Below, in pieces: positions 16,179 to 18,938 of a stretch of 18,938 nucleotides of DNA (its first letter is position 1; each line of letters begins with the position of its first letter). The DNA lies in NCBI GenBank assembly GCA_038108555.1, contig JAYNIA010000006.1, positions 76,974-95,911 on the forward strand, read 5' to 3'. The position numbers and the translations under genes were made by a program. The DNA comes from Nitrospinota bacterium. GTDB taxonomy: Bacteria > Nitrospinota > Nitrospinia > Nitrospinales > VA-1. The notes beneath the pieces were generated by a model. The model did not search any database. It saw nothing but the letters and a program-made list of their open reading frames with translations, and was not told where the DNA came from.

Positions 16179-17951
16179 TTAATGGGTTAAAGCTAATTGC
16201 ATTTCACGAAGCTGGTTTTGAAGTTCGCGCGACTTTTCAATCTGGCCGGCCATTTCAGCTTCGTTTCGTTGCTGTTTGATAATTTTTATTTTAGATTTGA
16301 TGTGAATATTATTAAATTTGGTCACACAATCTGAAACAGTTCTTTCAGTGGAATCGAATTCCAAAGGATCGAGCCCGAACTCGGTCAAACAACTTCTGAT
16401 TTCCGGGTCATCCGTCTGGTCGATGATTTTGTCTATTTCCAGATCTTCATCTTCATTGATCTTTTGCAAGCAGGTGGCTGCAATCGATTTCAGCGCCGGG
16501 TTGGAAAAGTCCTCCGGGTTGACTGCTTTTAAAACCCTTTGGGCGGTTTCCTTATCGGAAAGAATCAAGTGAACTAAATGCCTTTCCAGATTTAATGTTG
16601 AATTTGTCTGCGTTTCCCGAACATCCACCCTGGGCTGGTTTTGCAGGAAAGACTTCTTCAATTCCGTCAGAAACGAAGCATCATCAATTTTGGCTTTATG
16701 GGAGAAATACTCCAGCAAGCCATTCCTCTCTACTAAGTTGTGGACCTTGCCCACCATCGGCAATACCTTGTTTGCCATTTCCACCCTTTCTGTAGGCGAA
16801 TTCCCGTCTTTTCCAGCCACAACGGTATCGATATAGGATTCCAAATACGGTTTTGCGGATTTAATTTTTTCCAGAAATTTTTCAGCCCCGTTTTCCTGAA
16901 TGTAGGAATCCGGGTCCTGTGCCTCCGGCAGAAAAACGGTTTTGACCTGCAACCCTTTTTCGTGAAGGACCTCAAAACCCTTATCAGCCGCGGCTCGCCC
17001 GGCATTGTCCGAATCGAAAACCAGAACCACGGAACTGGCATAATTTCTTAACATCGCCGCCTGCTTGGGGGTCAAAGCCGTTCCGCAGGTGGCTACCGTG
17101 TTCAAAATCCCATATTGAGTGGCCCGCATCTGGTCGAGATAACCTTCCACAAGGATGGCTTCCCCCTCCTTGCGAATCGCCTGCTTGGCGATATCCATCC
17201 CAAACAGGGTCTGGCTTTTCTGGTAAAGCGGAGTTTCCGGCGAGTTCAGGTATTTCGGATTGTCTCCCTCGGCAATAGCCCGTCCGCCAAAGGCGATGAC
17301 GCTGCCATGCATATCTTTTATCGGGAAGATCACCCGGCCTCGGAACCGGTCGTAGACATTCGATCCGTCCTCCTTTTCAATGACGAGACCCGACTGCATC
17401 ACCGTCTTTTTGGAAAGGTTACCCATTTGCTGGAAATGGTTGATTAATCCTCTCCATCCGGGAGCCGCCCAGCCGATTTTATATTTTTCCAGAACCTCTC
17501 CCGTAAAGTGGCGGCCTTTCAGATAGTCCCGGGCCGTCAGTCCTGCTTCTGCATCGTTGAAAAGGGAATGGAAATAATCCGCAGCCAGCTCGTTGGTTTT
17601 TTTAAGAGCTTCCCGCTCCTTATATAGAGGATCATTCTGATAGTCCGTGTTGGGACGGGGAAGAGGGACACCCGCTCTCTCGGCGAATTGCCGGACCGTA
17701 TCGATAAACGAAATGCTCTGGGTTTCCATGACGAACTTGAATACGTTGCCACCGGCCCCACAGCCGAAACAGTGGTAAATACGCTTTTCCGGGCTGACGG
17801 TGAACGAAGGCGTCTTTTCCGAATGGAACGGACAGAGGCCTTTGTAATTCTTGCCCACCTTTTTCAGCGCAACCGTTTGTGAAATCACTTCCACAATATC
17901 GGTTCGGTCTCTGACCTCATCAATCACATTGTCGGGGATGGAGTATTTCAA
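16179..17951 (-). CDS. dnaG: DNA primase
   Basis: Zinc finger CPFHSEKTPSF...CFGC; KYLNSPET; TOPRIM VEGYLD and FDSD; TTG start. Confidence 0.99.
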   Translation of the reverse strand: MKYSIPDNVIDEVRDRTDIVEVISQTVALKKVGKNYKGLCPFHSEKTPSFTVSPEKRIYHCFGCGAGGNVFKFVMETQSISFIDTVRQFAERAGVPLPRPNTDYQNDPLYKEREALKKTNELAADYFHSLFNDAEAGLTARDYLKGRHFTGEVLEKYKIGWAAPGWRGLINHFQQMGNLSKKTVMQSGLVIEKEDGSNVYDRFRGRVIFPIKDMHGSVIAFGGRAIAEGDNPKYLNSPETPLYQKSQTLFGMDIAKQAIRKEGEAILVEGYLDQMRATQYGILNTVATCGTALTPKQAAMLRNYASSVVLVFDSDNAGRAAADKGFEVLHEKGLQVKTVFLPEAQDPDSYIQENGAEKFLEKIKSAKPYLESYIDTVVAGKDGNSPTERVEMANKVLPMVGKVHNLVERNGLLEYFSHKAKIDDASFLTELKKSFLQNQPRVDVRETQTNSTLNLERHLVHLILSDKETAQRVLKAVNPEDFSNPALKSIAATCLQKINEDEDLEIDKIIDQTDDPEIRSCLTEFGLDPLEFDSTERTVSDCVTKFNNIHIKSKIKIIKQQRNEAEMAGQIEKSRELQNQLREMQLALTH

Positions 17952-17997
17952 TCTTTCAATGATCCATTCTGCATCTTAGATGCCAGATAATATTTCA

Positions 17998-18084
17998 TCC
18001 TTCGATTTACCCTTTCAGGGCACGAAGATTAATGTTAAATATCACGAACTCAGGATGACCTGTCGCCCTGAGCCTGTCGAAGGG
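17998..18084. repeat. REP-like palindromic extragenic element with an interrupted left arm
   Basis: Right arm GTCGCCCTGAGCCTGTCGAAGGG (18062-18084) pairs with CTCAGGATGAC (18049-18059) and TCCTTCGA (17998-18005). Confidence 0.55.
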
Positions 18085-18091
18085 CAATATG

Positions 18092-18535
18092 TTAGTTTAA
18101 ATATTCGCTCGCCAGTTCCTTGATCTGGGCATTGTCCGCCTTGCCCTTGAACTCGGGAACCAGGGTTTTCATGATCTTGCCAAAATCTTTCATACCTTCG
18201 GCACCGGTTTCTGCGATCACTTCCTGAATGCGTTTGCGTAAAACCTCTTCCGAAACCTGTTCCGGCAGATAGGTTTGTAAAATTTCCATTTCCTGAATTT
18301 CCTTGTCTTTCAATTCAGGACGGTCACCTTTTTCATAGAGGGCAGCCGCTTCTTTCCTTTTTTTAACTTCCTTGGTGACGAGGGCGAGAATCTCCTCTTC
18401 GGTCGCTTCCTTTTTAGAGTCGATTTCCTGGTTTTTTATTGCAGAAATAACACTACGGACGGTTCCGAGTTTCACGGAATCCTTGGACTTCATCGCCTCC
18501 TTCATGTCAGAAAGGAGTTTTTCCTTTAAACTCAT
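18092..18535 (-). CDS. yqeY: GatB/YqeY domain protein
   Basis: MSLKEKLLSDMKEAMKSKD...EVKKRKEAAALY...EMEILQTYLPEQ...DFGKIM...GKAD; typical position before dnaG. Confidence 0.95.
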   Translation of the reverse strand: MSLKEKLLSDMKEAMKSKDSVKLGTVRSVISAIKNQEIDSKKEATEEEILALVTKEVKKRKEAAALYEKGDRPELKDKEIQEMEILQTYLPEQVSEEVLRKRIQEVIAETGAEGMKDFGKIMKTLVPEFKGKADNAQIKELASEYLN

Positions 18536-18562
18536 AGGCTTATAACGTCAGGCAAAGGTGGA

Positions 18563-18591
18563 AATATAGGTACCCCTAGGGATTTTGTCAA
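18563..18591 (-). promoter_or_regulatory. Sigma70-type promoter of yqeY-dnaG-rpoD-tRNA
   Basis: Minus strand TTGACA (18591-18586), 17 bp, TATATT (18568-18563). Confidence 0.7.
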
Positions 18592-18783
18592 TACTTCCAG
18601 AGATTTTAATAATATTTGGGATTTGTCTGGAAAATCTAATAAATCCTTCTTTATCAGTTAGATAGGGCGGGCAATGGCCGGCGGGTTGTGAAGGATGATT
18701 TCAATTAAATTTCCAAAGCGAAGCATTATCTCACAAATTGACGATTAACGGAACTATTTATGGTGAATTTCTATTTTTAATCC

Positions 18784-18888
18784 TCAATGCCCCAAAAACG
18801 TGTGGAAGACTGCGCCGCCGCCAACACTGAAGTAAACGAACGCGCCGAACAGGTTCCATACAATTTCTTTCATGTCATCAAAACTCAT
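18784..18888 (-). CDS. 34-aa single-TM small protein
   Basis: MSFDDMKEIVWNLFGAFVYFSVGGGAVFHTFLGH*; strong RBS GGAGGTG (18899-18893); start overlaps the upstream stop (ATGA). Shorter than any ORF listed in the track. Confidence 0.65.
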   Translation of the reverse strand: MSFDDMKEIVWNLFGAFVYFSVGGGAVFHTFLGH

Positions 18889-18938
18889 CCCACACCTCCA
18901 TTAATAATAAAGAAAAAGAAGGCGGCGGTTGTGATAAC
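18885..18938 (-). CDS. C-terminal fragment of an upstream hydrophobic protein
   Basis: ...VITTAAFFFFIINGGVG*, with TGA at 18887-18885 overlapping the next ATG. Confidence 0.5.
   Translation of the reverse strand, partial: VITTAAFFFFIINGGVG

Noticed and set aside
14328..17882. Many short ORFs within rpoD and dnaG, and similar ones inside other long genes
   Set aside because: Antisense or off-frame shadows of conserved genes with no independent evidence.

Overview
Bacterial chromosomal window that is mostly housekeeping genes, with a cell-envelope/redox cluster at the left. The gene content (diheme cytochrome c fused to a DMSO-reductase-type heme b domain, a FimV-like SPOR protein, several small unknown membrane proteins) suggests a Gram-negative chemolithotroph such as Nitrospinota. 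That assignment is inference and was not checked by any search. Left to right: (1) a minus-strand, extremely acidic protein missed by the ORF track (start 878, runs off the left edge), built on 84-bp/28-aa tandem repeats carrying an ELDNMLDDLI amphipathic motif; (2) divergently, a lytic transglycosylase, a diheme cytochrome c lipoprotein and a FimV-like/NTF2-like/double-SPOR protein; (3) HU, peptide deformylase, a hypothetical protein and an MFS transporter; (4) a 2-TM protein, the cytochrome c/heme b fusion, a sterol-desaturase-family gene and a pyruvate kinase interrupted by one in-frame TAA; (5) small membrane proteins, an internally duplicated protein, Hsp20 and a CheY-like regulator; (6) tRNA-Ile2(CAU) with degenerate trailer repeats, rpoD, dnaG, a REP-like element and yqeY (no rpsU); (7) an unannotated 34-aa membrane ORF translationally coupled to an upstream hydrophobic ORF at the right edge. 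The best candidate for a new system is the left cluster, which could be a split FimV/HubP-like polar or septal landmark linked to a peptidoglycan lyase and a cytochrome.
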